64,000 nucleotides of DNA, from contig NC_086102.1 of assembly GCF_963921235.1 (NCBI RefSeq), positions 156,922,001 to 156,986,000 of the forward strand. The letters run 5' to 3'. This document shows, one piece after another, positions 1 to 13,293 of this stretch. How positions within the stretch are numbered: the stretch's first letter is position 1; every line of letters begins with the position of its first letter. The notes under the pieces are model-generated. The model did no database searches. It was not told the origin of the DNA and was given only the letters and a program-made list of their open reading frames with translations. The DNA is from Mobula hypostoma. Taxonomy: Eukaryota. Position numbers and translations under genes: made by a program.

Positions 1-176
1 CTGCAATCAATCACTGTTTACCTAATCAGAATCTATCATGTTCTTGAAGGCATACATCTGATCAAGTCCACATCTTCTCAGTTAAAAAATTAACTTTCTG
101 TCTTTTCCGATGGCTGAAACAATTTTATCCCCCAGTAATGTACCACTGAATATAATTTTACTATTCAGGTCTGTGC

Positions 177-1083
177 AAGATGGCGCCAAAGCTTGGCGAA
201 TCATTTCAAACTGTATTCTGCAATTTTTCTCTACTCTTTTAAATCTAAAATCTCTGTTACTAAGAATTACTAATAATGTTCTTCGAGATCTTCTTAAAGG
301 TTTGGTGATATCCTGGTTTCCAGGAGCGACTCACCTACTACCCATCCCACATGGACTATCCATGGCAACCACTAGGACAGGCCCATCCATGTGGAAGCCA
401 CCGCCTTGGAGCCTTTGCCATCGAGACCCGATTTCCAGCCTCCATGGGACCACCCAATTCAGAGACCCGATTAGCCAGAGCTGATCATTGACTTCAGGAA
501 AGGGGAGCAGCGTACATGCTTCTGCTCCGGTCTATGTCTACAGTGCTGTGGTCAAGAGGGTTGAGAACTTCAAGTTCTTAAGAGTAAGCATCATAAGGGG
601 CTGCCCTGGTCCAAGCAACTAGGCACCACAGCCAAGAAAACTTACCAGCAACACCACTTCCTGAGGAGGATAAAGAAATTTGGCATGTTCCCATCAACAA
701 TTACGGTTTTTCATCAATGCACCATTGAAAGCATCTGATCCAGAAACATCACTGTTTGGTAAGGCAACTGTTCTGCTCACCATCACAAGAAGCTGTAGAG
801 AGTTGAGCACATAGCGCAGCACATCACGGAAACCAGCATAACTTCCTTGGAATCCGTCTTTAATGCTTGCTAACCCAGTAAAGTAGCCAACATAATCAAA
901 GACCCTGGACATTCTCTCTTTTCCTTTTTCCTATTTGGCAGAAGATAGAAAACGTGAAAGCACGAAAAACATGGCCCAAAGACAGCTTCAATCTTCCTGT
1001 TATAAGCCTATTGAATGGTTCCTTGGTGTAATGAGATGGACTGTTGACCTCACAATTACCTTGTTATGAACTTGCATCCTATC
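177..1083 (+). mobile_element. Rex1/L2-like LINE derivative, 5' part (interrupted by CR1)
   Basis: AAGATGGCGCC start motif at 177; from ~478 a degenerate ORF2 C-terminus (ELIIDFRKG..VKRVENFKFL); 3' UTR resumes at 3531. Confidence 0.65.
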
Positions 1084-3530
1084 ATAGAATAGAATAGAAT
1101 AGTACAGCACAGTACAGGCCCTTCGGCCCACAATGTTGTGCCAACCCTCAAAACCTGCCTCCCATATAAGCCCCCACCTTAAATTCCTCCATATACCTGT
1201 CTAGTAGTCTCTTAAACTTCACTGGTGTATCTGCCTCCACCACTGACTCAGGCAGTGCATTCCACGCACCAACCACTCTCTTGAGTAAAAAACTTCCCTC
1301 TAATATCCCCCTTGAACTTCCCACCCACTACTTTAAAGCCATGTCCTCTTGTATTGAGCAGTGGTGCCCTGGGGAAGAGGCACTGGCTATCCACTCTATC
1401 TATTCCTCTTATTATCTTGTACACCTCTATCATGTCTCCTCTCATCCTCCTTCTCTCCAAAGAGTAAAGCCCTAGCTCCCTTAATCTCTGATCATAATGC
1501 ATACTCTCTAAACCAGGCAGCATCCTGGTAAATCTCCTCTATACCCTTTCCAATGCTTCCACATCCTTCCTATAGTGAGGCGACCAGAACTGGACACAGT
1601 ACTCCAAGTGTGGCCTAACCAGAGTTTTATAGAGCTGCATCATTACATCGTGACTTTTAAGCTCTATCCCTCGACTTATGAAAGCTAACACCCCATAAAC
1701 TTTCTTAACTACCCTATCCACCTGTGAGGCAACTTTCAGGGAACTGTGGACATGTACCCCCAGATCCCTCTGCTCCTCCACACTACCAAGTATGCTGCCA
1801 TTTACTTTGTACTCTGCCTTGGAGTTTGTCCTTCCAAAGTGTACCACCTCACACTTCTCTGGGTTGAACTCCATCTGCCACTTCTCAGCCCACTTCTGCA
1901 TCCTATCAATGTCTCTCTGCAATCTTTAACAATCCTCTACACTATCTACAACACCACCAACATTTGTGTCGTCTGCAAACTTGCCAACCCACCCTTCTAA
2001 CCCCACATCCAGGTCGCTAATAAAAACCACGAAAAGTAGAGGTCCCAGAACAGATCCTTGTGGGACACCACTAGTCACAATCCTCCAATCTGAATGTACT
2101 CCCTCCACCACCACCCTCTGCTTTCTGCAGGCAAGCCAATTCTGAATCCACCTGGCCAAACTTCCCTGGATCCCATGCCTTCTGACTTTCTGAATAAGCC
2201 TACCGTATGGAACCTTGTCAAGTGCCTTACTAAAATCCATATAGATCACATCCACTGCACTACCTTCATCTATAAGCCTGGTCACCTCCTCAAAGAACTC
2301 TATCAGGCTTGTTAGACACAATCTGCCCTTCACAAAGCCATGCTGACTGTCCCTGATCAGACCATGATTCTCTAGATGCCCAGAGATCCTATCTCTAAGA
2401 ATCTTTTCCAACAGCTTTCCCACCACAGACGTAAGGCTCACTGGTCTATAATTACCCGGACTATCCCTACTACCTTTTTTGAACAAGGGAACAACATTCG
2501 CCTCCCTCCAATCCTCCGGTACCATTCCCGTGGACAACGAGGACATAAAGATCCTAGCCAGAGGCTCAGCAATCTCTTCCCTCGCCTCGTGGAACAGCCT
2601 GGGGAATATTCCGTCAGGCCCTGGGGACTTACCCATCCTAATGTATTTTAACAACTCCAACACCTCCTCTCCCTTAATACCAACATGCTCCAGAACATCA
2701 ACCTCACTCATATTGTCCTCACCATCATCAAGTTCCCTCTCTTTGGTGAATGCTGAAAAGGAGTATTCATTGAGGACCGCACTCACTTCCACAGCCTCCA
2801 GGCACATCTTCCCACCTTTATCTCTAATCGGTCCTACCTTCACTCCTGTCATCCTTTTTTCCTTCACATAATTGAAGAATGCCTTGGGGTTTTCCTTTAC
2901 CCTACTCGCCAAGGCCTTCTCATGCCCCCTTCTTGCTCTTCTCAGCCCCTTCTTAAGCTCATTTCTTGCTTCCCTATATTCCTCAATAGACCCATCTGAT
3001 CCCTGCTTCCTAAACCTCATTTATGCTGCCTTCTTCCACCTGACTAGATTTTCCACCTCACTTGTCACCCATGATTCCTTCACCCTGCCATTCTTTATCT
3101 TCCTCACCGGGACAAATTTATCCCTAACATCCTGCAAGAGATCTCTAAACATTGACCACATGTCCATTGCACATTTCCCTGCAAAAACATCATCCCAATT
3201 CACACTCACAAGTTCTAGCCTTATAGCCTCATAATTTGCCCTTCCCCAATTAAAAATTTTCCTGTCCTCTCTGATTCTATCTTTTTTCATGATAATGCTA
3301 AAGGCCCGGGAGCGGTGGTCACTGTCCCCGGGATGCTCACCCACTGAGAGATCTGTGACCTGACCCGGTTTATTACCTAGTATTAGATCTAGTATGGCAT
3401 TCCCCCTACTCGGCCTGTCCACATACTGTGACAGGAATCCGTCCTGGACACACTTAACAAACTCTGCCCCATCCAAACCCTTGGAACTAATCAGGTGCCA
3501 ATCAATATTAGGGAAGTTAAAGTCATCCAC
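1084..3530 (-). mobile_element. CR1 LINE, 5'-truncated (endonuclease C-terminus plus RT, with stops/frameshifts)
   Basis: ORFs 3021-3530 (DFNFPNIDW, SDH), 1926-3020 ([24 protein letters not shown]) and 1539-1922 (RPHLEYCVQFWSP); (CTATT)n tail at 1084-1102. Confidence 0.96.
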
Positions 3531-3700
3531 CTGCTTTGCACTTTCTTTGTAGCTGTTTCATGTTATTCTGCATTCAGGTTTTGTTTTACTTTGTTCTACG
3601 TACCTGAATGCATTGTGTAATGATCTGACCTATATCAACAGTATGCAAGACATGTTCTTCACTGTAGTTTGGAATGTGACAATAATAAACAAATTCTAGT
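3531..3700 (+). mobile_element. Rex1/L2-like LINE 3' UTR, continuation of 177-1083
   Basis: Ends in GTGACAATAATAAAC; same 3' end as the reverse-strand copy starting at 8729. Confidence 0.7.
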
Positions 3701-4324
3701 TTATTCTTCTACTTCTCGTTCTTAGCAATAAAATAATTTGACTAATCTTTGTTCCAACCATATTTCAGAAAGCAAGATTACATAGAATTCCATTCAGTTT
3801 TCAGTTTCATCTTTTTTCAGGTCTACTTCATTGAATCCAGATCTTTTGTCATTCTGGTTCAGGGGAAGTCAAGAATATCAAAGGTACTGACTCCTCTGAA
3901 TCAGGGCTGTTTAAGTTTGAAGATTCTAATAAACATTTTTTTATGGAACTGTTGAAAGCGGGATGCTGGTGACAATGATGAATGAAAATAATAAGGCGTC
4001 AAGATTATGTTAACGTGACGTTAGACATTGAGCTTTGGAGCTCAGTTGTTTTTGCAGTAACTTATTGTCGATTCAGACCTCCTGAGCTTATCTGCTGAGT
4101 TCTTTGGTCGATTGTTACCTAATAATTCATTTTCTCCGTGATGTCAGGGTTCCAGCCATTATTTCTTGCTTTCTGTCCTGGATAAAATCAACTTTAACTA
4201 TAAACCTATCAATATATTGGGCTCTGGCTTTCCTTTCTGAGGGAGCTCTCATCAGAGGAGCACCATCCTCTGTTCCCAATATTTTCTTTAAAATGTATAT
4301 AATTTTCATCTCTCAGTGAGTGTT

Positions 4325-5042
4325 GAACATAGAACAGTATGGGACAGGAACAGGATCCTGGCACACTATATGATGGTGAACTAATTGCATCCTTAATCAA
4401 ATGCACAAACTAATCTCTTCACCCTACACAATGTCCACGTTCAACCCCTCTCACGTTCATGTGTCTATCTAGGAGCCTCTTGAACACCTCTAACTTATTT
4501 GTCTTCACCATTCCCCAGTCAGTGCATTCCCACACCTGCCACTCTGTGTAATAAGACTTAACCTGCAAATCTCTTTTGAGGTTGCCCCTTTCACCTTAAG
4601 TGCATGCCCTCTGGTATTAAACATTTCAAATAAAAAACCGGCTGTCTACTCTATGACTTGCAATCTTATAAACCTCTCCTTGGCATCCATCACTCCAAAG
4701 AAAGCAAACCAAGCTTTTCTAACCTCTTCTCATAGTGCGTGCACTCCAATCCAAGTAGCATCCTGGTAAACTTCTTCTGCACCATTTCTGAAGCCTTTCT
4801 ATCCTTCCTATAATGGGGTGGCCAGCGTTGAATGGCCCAACTAGATTTTTGTAAAGCTGCAACATAATCTTCCTGACTTTTGAACACAGCCCCTTGACTA
4901 ATAAAGGTAAGCACACCATATGCCTTCTTTACCATCTCTATGTGGTCACTTTCATGGAACAATGAACTTGGACCACAGATCTATCTGCACCTCAACACTG
5001 TTAAGGGCATACAGTCTCTGTACGTCACTTTACCCAAAGTGA
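4325..5042 (-). mobile_element. Decayed CR1 3' fragment
   Basis: ORF 4690-4962 KKAYGVLTFISQG..VQKKFTRML; CTATGTT tail near 4325. Confidence 0.85.
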
Positions 5043-5096
5043 GTCCTGTTCCACACCTATTCCTAAAATTATATTTCTTCCCCAATTTCACTGTTA

Positions 5097-5142
5097 ATCC
5101 AGAATTTGAGGTGTTAAACATCCAGAATTTGAGGTGTTAAAC
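5097..5142. repeat. Perfect 23-bp tandem duplication
   Basis: ATCCAGAATTTGAGGTGTTAAAC x2. Confidence 0.95.
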
Positions 5143-7394
5143 CACTCTTCAGAGACACACATTTAGGCCCCCTTCAGCTGCCCATATAGTCTACACTAAA
5201 TTTATAAATCCATTTTTAGGGGTTAATCTTTTGTTTAAAAAAAAACAAACAGCGACACCACAGACTTACCCAGGAGCGTCATTTTACCTCTAAGTAACGA
5301 TGATTGAATAACCCAATTGTAAATCCATTTTGCTAGTCCTCACAATTTACCACCCCAACTCCCACATTATTTTAAAGCCCACACCCCTCAAAACATTATG
5401 TACATTGTGTGACCTCCCACACCAGGTGCAGCTTTTGTTTAAATTGTGCAGTCCTGTAGGGGGTATATGCAGTGCCTTTCATTTACCTACATCTAACGTG
5501 CTGGCAGTTCCTCTGCTACAATATAGAACACCTTTTTTTTACCTTTGAATGTGTCAGCATAAAGTTCTCTACTCTGGAATACACAAAAAAATTAGTACAA
5601 TTTCAATGTTACCTCATTGGATTTGTAATCATTAAAGCATTACCATTTTACTAGAGGGTTCTGATTCACAAGATTCATTTATATTTTGACTTCAATTAAC
5701 ACGTTAAAATTTAAAGTATTCTCTCTTTTTCTGTTCTCATTTCCTGAATTTATTTATTCATAATTTTTAATATTGAACGAACAGCACCTGATGCTGTTCA
5801 CTATACTACTGCCCATCCCTGTTAAAAACCTCTTGCAGTCTTTTATAATCAGCTGCAGTTTTCCATTCTCTTGATTTGATCCATTTGGCCTGTTTTAATA
5901 ATTTATCCAAATTAATAATGTAGACATCACAAACTTGCAAAAATCATGATATAACCTTGAATTTTTCTCTCCTCTGGTTCCTGTATCTTCATTTTCAGAT
6001 GGTATTTTTGCACATTCGTTAAGTATAGAGGTGAAGATGGAATGTTGCTCCCTGCTTTATTCCTACTATTTCATTAAAATTACCATACTTAAGAAAATAA
6101 TCCACAATGTGACTGTATTGATATAACTGAATGGATTCAAATTTTCAACTTTTCTTGAAAATAGTCAACAACATAACACCCAACAATAGAGGGATCAATA
6201 TGGAGATGCTCAAACAATCCTATGTGATAGCAACCTGTGCATACAGAATCATTTATAACTCAAGCATAAAACACATGCTTAATGACATATCTCCTGAGTG
6301 TGAAACTCTGACGTTTTATTTCTGTTCTGGGTTCAACCTAAATAAAATAAAATTGCCATTTCCTTTTTACGCTTAACATTTGATTGCAGTAGCATTTCTT
6401 AATTAAATGGGCATCATATTGTCTCTAGATTTATGAACCCCACCATTCTTGACTGCACTTCATTTCCTGTGAGTTATCAGCCACGCACATTTAGCCACTG
6501 GGTTAAAAGAAAATATCCATGCATGCGTTGTTTGCTACAGCATTGACATTTCATGTTAGTTCCATGCACTGTGATTATTCAACCTCCGGTGAATATGTGT
6601 AATTAAAACAGGTAATTTTTATTTCCTTGTAGTATCATCACCGATCAAAGAAGAAACATAATAAAACCATTATGTATTGGCATCTTGCATTGAACCACAA
6701 GTGTATTGTCTGAGGGAGATAAATTCCAAGCAATTCTTCTTGAAAGGCTACTTATCTTAAAAGGTATTATTCTAATAGTGCATTTGTGAGTAAGCTGTCA
6801 TTTCTGCAAACATTCTGCTTTCTATCAGAAATAGGCATTTCTTTGGAGAATTATTATGATTCTAATGCTGTGCATTAAACTTTAAAATGCTGGATACCAG
6901 ATTTAGTTTAAACTCACCTTGGTAGCAGTGTGGCCCCAATGCATAATTTCAAACATTTACACATTGTGATAAGAGTTTCCAGCTGCAGCTGATAATATTT
7001 GAGGAGGCATCTGACTGTAGGCCATATTTACAAAAGTCTGTTTCAAAGTCTCTTTGGATGGAATGCAGTTCTGATCCCTGGAGCACCACAGATACCATCA
7101 GTGCTGCCATTGTTACTGGCACAGTTCCATGGAATGGAGAAAGCATAAACTCTAGCTGACAGAACTGGGAACAACATTGTTTTCATGGTCTTACATTATG
7201 CTGAAAACAAGCTCCGATGGTGAGGATGAAAGTCCATTAAGCTCCCACTTGTGCCAAGTTTCCAAGTGAAGCAGTTTGGAAGGGGATGAGATGGAAGGAT
7301 GATAGCAGGACACTTCGAAAACATCAACAGGAAAAATCAATGTAGGAGACACGAAAGAGGTGCCATGTCTGTAGTTTTTTAAGTAATAGTTTGA

Positions 7395-7850
7395 CTAGAA
7401 ATGTGAATTACCAGGATTTTTAGAAAGACTTTAACAAAGTTTCACATAAGAAGCTAATGTTAAAATTACAAGCACTTGGGATTGAGGGATACATGCAGGC
7501 ATGGACTAAGAACTTGTTGTCAGACAGGAGACCGTGAATTAGAATAAACAGGTGGCAGGTGGTGATGTGTGGTAACCACAGGAATCAGTTTTTTGGCCTC
7601 AACTATTGACAATTGCATCAATTATTTGTATAAAAAAGCCAAACATAATATTTCTAAGTTTATTGATAACACAAAAGGAAAAAGCAAAAAGGTCAAAATA
7701 TTATTGAACTGAGATCGATTCAAAAAGACCTGGGTGTCCTTGTATGCCAGTCAATGAGAACAAAAAGACAGCAAGCAATTAGAAAGCAAATGCTATGCTT
7801 GGCTTTCATTGCAAGAGGACTGAGGATGAAAGCAAATATGATTTGATAAA
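7395..7850 (+). mobile_element. Old CR1 RT fragment
   Basis: Degenerate DF.K.F.KV.H, DLGVLV and ANAMLAFIARG coding segments. Confidence 0.75.
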
Positions 7851-8569
7851 TAATATTTCCTTTTCCTTTTTTTAAGGCATCAATTCTGCAGTACCATGGG
7901 TACTGAGGGAGCTGATGAGGCTAATGTTGGAACCACAGATGGAGCACGGCGTGTCAGATGAAGCAGGTGGATGGATAGTTGAACTTTGAACATCATTACT
8001 GAATCTTGGCAATATCTTGCTCATAACTACTTCAAGTGCCTATGAAGATTCTCAATCAAGTGGAAAAGGAACATTAAGGAAGGTATTGAAAGCTGTGAAC
8101 CTGTACGTCAGAAGCACACAGATTGTCCTGCATAAGTAGTGGAAGGAGTGCACTATCTACATCTTCAAAGAGACTTTGTATGCATCCTTGAATCTTCTTG
8201 TCTGTTTCCCTAGTAATCCTTTCCACTGAGAAAACTTCAGAACTGAGTGTCTGGATCAGGAATCTGGATTTAAGATTCAAGTATCATTGACTAGCCAAAA
8301 TAGCTGATTGAGTTTAATCAAGGTCTCTGTGCTGGAAATGTTGGCCTGGAGAAAGCATTGATTATGCTTTGCTTATCCTTCCAGTAATGCTGGGAAATCA
8401 GGCAAAGACACAGTTGGTAGTACATTTTCAGTATCTTGAAATGCCTGCTCTAAGTGGACCAGGTCTCAGAACGGAAAAATTCACTTGAACACAGTGGAAA
8501 ATAAGTTTTGTGCCAAATCTGAGGACTTGACCTTCATACTTATTTTCTCTCAATCATGCAAGATCTCAA

Positions 8570-10072
8570 TGAGATCACACCTGGAGCTTTGATCTCCTTA
8601 ACGAAGAAAAGACGAACTTGCCACAGAGGCAGTGCAACAAATGTTCACCAGACTGCTTCCTAAGATGGCAAAATTGTTTTATTAGAAGACTGGGTGAACT
8701 ATATTCACTGAAGTTTAGAAAAGGAGAGTTGGAATTGGAATTAATTTATTGTTGTCACATGTACTGAGATACAATGAAAAGCTTGTCTTGCATACTGTTC
8801 GTTGAGATCAAATCATTACACAGTACATTGAGTTAAAACAACAATGCACAGTAAAGTATAACAGTTACATAAAAAAATGCAGCACAAGTAAACAAAGAGG
8901 TGTAATACCATTACATTGGCAGTTTGTAAAGTTTAGAGTTCATCTCTTTGTACTAGGAAACTATATAATAGTCTTATAACAGTGGGATAGAACCCTGGTG
9001 ATACACACTTTTAGGTGTTTGTATCTTCTGCCCATTGGGAGAGGAGAAGAGGGAGAATGTCCGGGAGTGAATGGAGTCTTTGATAATGCTGCCTGGTTTA
9101 TTGAGGCAATGAGAAGTACAAACAGAGTACTTCTGGTTTCCATCAGGTGCTGAGCTGTGTCCACAGCTCTGCAGTTTCTGGCAGTTGCACACACAGCAGT
9201 TGCCACACCAACCCGTGATGCATTCAGATAGGATGCTTTGGCTGGTGCATCAGTAAAAATGGGTAAAGGTCAACAGAGACATGACAAATTTCTTTAGCCT
9301 CCTGGGGAAGTAAGTGAACTTTCTTGGCGGTGGTATCTACACGTTTCACACATAGGAACTTGAAGCTCTCAACCCTGCCAACTGCAACACTGTTGATGTA
9401 GATGGGAACATGTGCACTGCCCTCCTTCCTGAAGCCAATGACCAGCTCTTTTGTTTTGCTGATATTCATTGAAGCATGCAAAAGTTTTACACAGCAAAAT
9501 GGACTGGATTCAAGGAGGATGCTTACCCTGACTAGGAGCGTCTCGGGTAAGAGGACACAGTCTCAGGGCCCAAAAGGTTTAGGATCGACAAAGAAATATC
9601 AGGAGAATCTGTGGAGTTCCATACCACAGAGGACTATGGAGGCCAATTCAAAGAATATATTTAAGGAGAAGGTAGATATATTTCTAGACACAAAATGTAT
9701 AGGGAAAGAGTGGAAATATAGTACAAGTGATCACCAACTGAACTATGGCCATTCATTTAACAGAAATTTGTTATTACAGAATTTGCAAACCATAAACCAA
9801 AATTTTAAGATAGGAATTCATTTTCATGGAATTTATGTGAAAAAATGTTCAATAAATAAGTACAATTTTTCCAACTTTCATTTCTTGATGTAAGTGCAGA
9901 TAACATGACGTTGTGTTACTGAAAATTTTACAGACCATCTTGAGGGAAATCATCCCCTTGTATCACAATGGTCATCTATTTTGAGATGGAAGACCAGCTA
10001 TGCTTGTATTGAATGCAAAGCAGATTTGAAAGGCTGAATGGTTTACTCCTGCATCTATTTCCTATGTTTCTA
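8570..10072 (+). mobile_element. Old CR1 3' fragment, split by a Rex1-like copy (pieces 8570-8728, 9467-9760, tail ~10005-10072)
   Basis: R.HLE..FTRL.P.M, then RGHSL segment; terminal CCTATGTTTCTAT. Confidence 0.7.
8729..9468 (-). mobile_element. Rex1/L2-like LINE 3' portion
   Basis: ORF 9224-9481 NISKTKELVIGFRK..RVESFKFL; 3' end TGACAACAATAAAT with (AATTCC)n tail. Confidence 0.85.
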
Positions 10073-10639
10073 TAGTTTCATACCAGAGTTCTGACCTACT
10101 GAGCATTTCATAAGTTTTCATTTTATGCAACCAAATAATATCAGAATTTGAGCATCTTATTAATGCTGATTCTATATTTATCCACATCAAAATTAACAAG
10201 AAAGTGAATTAGACCTTTTGGCTACTCAAGTCCAATTTGTCATTTAATATTGTGGCTGAAATGGTGCTGCGCTTTCTAATGTGCTATATTTTGGATAGGA
10301 GATTTTAAAAATTACTTTGGATGAGATTTTAACATCAATGGAATGTTAAATCCATTGGGCAGCAAATCTTTTATTACCAATTTTCTGCCCGCTTGTGAAA
10401 AATAGAATCTTCCCTCATGCAACTATCTGTTCTGGCTATTCAGCTGGATGCTACATTTGACTTTCTTCAAAAGAGCAAGCAGTTCCTCCAGCAATTTGAT
10501 TAGTATTCCTTTTTCAACTAATACTTTCAAAGACATGACATTTGTGTTTTAAGTGTCTCGTTTTTCCATTGTATTACCATGTACTGTGCACTTATTATTT
10601 CAAGAGCAATTCAGTCCCAGTGAAATGTATAGGCATGCT

Positions 10640-10955
10640 TATATTTGGGCCCACTGAATCTGTATCAATCATCAAGTATCTATTTAGATAAATCTCTTCC
10701 TAGCCCATTTTATTCTCCCTGTATTCCCATTTACTCCTTCTGTATACCACCACAGCTCACACACAAAGGATGTTTTGCTGTGGCCAACTAAACAGCCATC
10801 CTGCACGAAGTGAAGGGAAACTGGAACAGCCAAAGAAAACTCACGTGATCCAAGGGAGAATGCACAAGCTCACCACACAAAGCACTGGAAGTCAGGACTG
10901 AACCTGAATGCCCGGAGTTGTGGGCAACAGCTCTATCCACTGCACCACTGAGCCA
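10640..10955 (-). mobile_element. V-SINE (HE1-like tRNA-derived SINE), decayed
   Basis: Reverse-complement tRNA head and V-domain-like GAAACTGGAACAGCC..GAAAACTCACGTG..GGGAGAATGCACAAGCTC. Confidence 0.75.
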
Positions 10956-12440
10956 TTTATGAGATATGGGATGTTATTTGGTGGATATTACTGACTAATA
11001 TTGACAGTTCTGGTCAGAACTAGTGACACACTGGAGTTAAAGTAGGTTCTCAAGTTGTGCTCATTCACAGTCAGACTGGAACACCAGGCCAACTGATAGA
11101 CAGGGAAGGCCAAATCTCTGCCTCTGAATTCCGTGTGGGAGCTAGAGAAATTATTTCTTGGATCCTGGACCGAGCCAGCAGCATCTGATCAATTATATAT
11201 GAATACTTTTATCTGCACAGCACAACTAATGAGAAATTCGTACTGTCACAGCAAAGAGCCCAATAAAGTTGGAAGATTCATTGGTACATTGACAGTTACT
11301 AGTTACTTTTGACATTAAAGAGAAATGTTTACCTTATTAAAAAAGAAACAGAATCCAAAGAAAGGGTGTGAAAGCTGGATGGCTTTGAATGAACTCAGTA
11401 GTCTGGCTTTTCCAGCATTCAGAGTTCATGTCATAGTGTATAAATAATTCTTGTCTGAGGTATGGTTGAGTGAATATCATGAGACTCAAATGTTAACAAA
11501 TAGTGCTGTTCTATTTTACTTAAATTATCAAGAGGAAAAATAAAAAAACTTCCTTTGTTGACTGTAATTTCAATGTAAAATGCCACATGTACAATTCAAC
11601 AAAAAGAATCACTTGATATTTCTATCTGAGCATCATAAAATTCTAAGATTTGATGTGCCTTAAATCTATACAGGCTTGTTCATATTCTCCTTCCATCAAA
11701 TATTAATTACAATCAGAAAAAAGGCAGCATTATATTGGGGCTGATATTCAGTGTGGATCTTTTCATATTATTCCGATTTCACTGCATTTCTCCACCTTTT
11801 TTTCTCAAACAAAGTATTTTATTAGTTTAAGTAAAAGAAGAGATAACACTTGCATTGAAAGAGTGGACAAGAAGAATATGGATATACTCTATGGGCTAAA
11901 GTTTATCTTTAATAACATTTTACAGTATAATTTCTCCTCAAGGCTCTTGTTAAAATGCTATACCTACCTTTGATTGAGCAAAAATACTTCTATACTATTT
12001 CATAAATACCAGTCAATTTCACGGAGGATAGCATTTTTTGAAAAGAATTCCAAAATCTGATGAAAAACAAGAAAAAGCACAAAAAGAGGAAAGATGACAA
12101 GGGCACGATGACTAAGAATAAATGTCACCCTCATTTTCAAAATATCAAACAAGTATGATGTTGGCTGCTTGAATTCCCAGCACTCAAACAGAAGCCACGT
12201 CTGGCCTTTTCGCTTAGTTACTAACAATGGGCTTAATCTTCAAGGATGGTATTGTATCAAAGATAGCTTTTTTTCACAGATTCAGTTTGACTGCAAGGGA
12301 CAAGATGTCTTACCAGATTTGTAAACGAAATATACTGTGACATGATTGCACCAGAATCATAGCTGTAGAAAAAGCTGGTAATGTTAAAATTTCCCCACTG
12401 AAATCTTCACTGATAGAATGGTATTACTCCTATTCAATAT

Positions 12441-13059
12441 AGATTAGATTAGATTATGAAGACACGCAGTCCTCTTTTATTGTCATTTAGTAATGCATGC
12501 ATTAAGAAACGATACAATATTTCCTCCGGTGTGATATCACAAAACACAGGACAGACCAAGACTGAAAAAACTGACAAAACCACATAATTATAACATATAG
12601 TTACAACAGTGCAACAATACCATAACTTGATGAAGAAGTCCATGAGCACAGTAAAAGTTCGAAGTCTCTCAAATGTCCCACATCTCACGCAGACGGGAGA
12701 AGGAAGAAAAACTCTCCCTGCTCTGCCGACCACAGTCCGACTCTGAGTCATCCAAAAACTTCGAGCCTCCGATCAGCTCTCCGACACTGAGTACTGAGCG
12801 CCATCTCTGTCCGAACAATTTGACATCAATCTTGGTCGCCAACAGCAGGCAAAGCTGGGGATTTTGAGGCCTTCCCTCCGGAAGATTCCCGACCGTGCAG
12901 TAACAACAGCAGCGAACTGGCATTTCAGAAATTTCTCCAGATGTTCCTCTGTGCTTTCACGTCCGTCTCCATGAAATCAGAATTGACCACGGTCCCTATT
13001 TAATGGATACGATATCATTTTTCACCGGAGGGCTGCACACTGCTCTCTCTCCTCCCGCC
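12441..13059 (-). mobile_element. ~620-bp non-autonomous non-LTR retroelement, copy 1
   Basis: Colinear with 43931-44588; (AATCT)n tail; no coding capacity. Confidence 0.85.
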
Positions 13060-13293
13060 TTAGCAAGGATGTATTCAAATTACTGAAATTATCTGCATTG
13101 ACTTTGAAGAAATAATTGTGTTCCATCTTTTCTTTCTAATACTAAAAAGCAAGGATATTCACACACATTTTTTCTAGGTAATTAAGTTATAGTCATCAAG
13201 GTCTATATCTTTTCCAGGATGACACAAGATGCAGTACAATGCACCTCCATACTCGAAGTTCAAGTTTATTGTTATCATAGGCATACATACACA

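Noticed and set aside
110-484. 124-aa ORF as a host gene
   Set aside because: No recognisable domain; overlaps the putative LINE-derived 5' region.
2094-3234. Several plus-strand ORFs of 70-130 aa
   Set aside because: Antisense shadows of CR1 ORF2; the same applies at 34336-35854 and 54300-55409.
6913-7160. Minus-strand donor GGTGAGT with an upstream 65-aa ORF
   Set aside because: The frames I translated stop before the donor, and the peptides are not recognisable.
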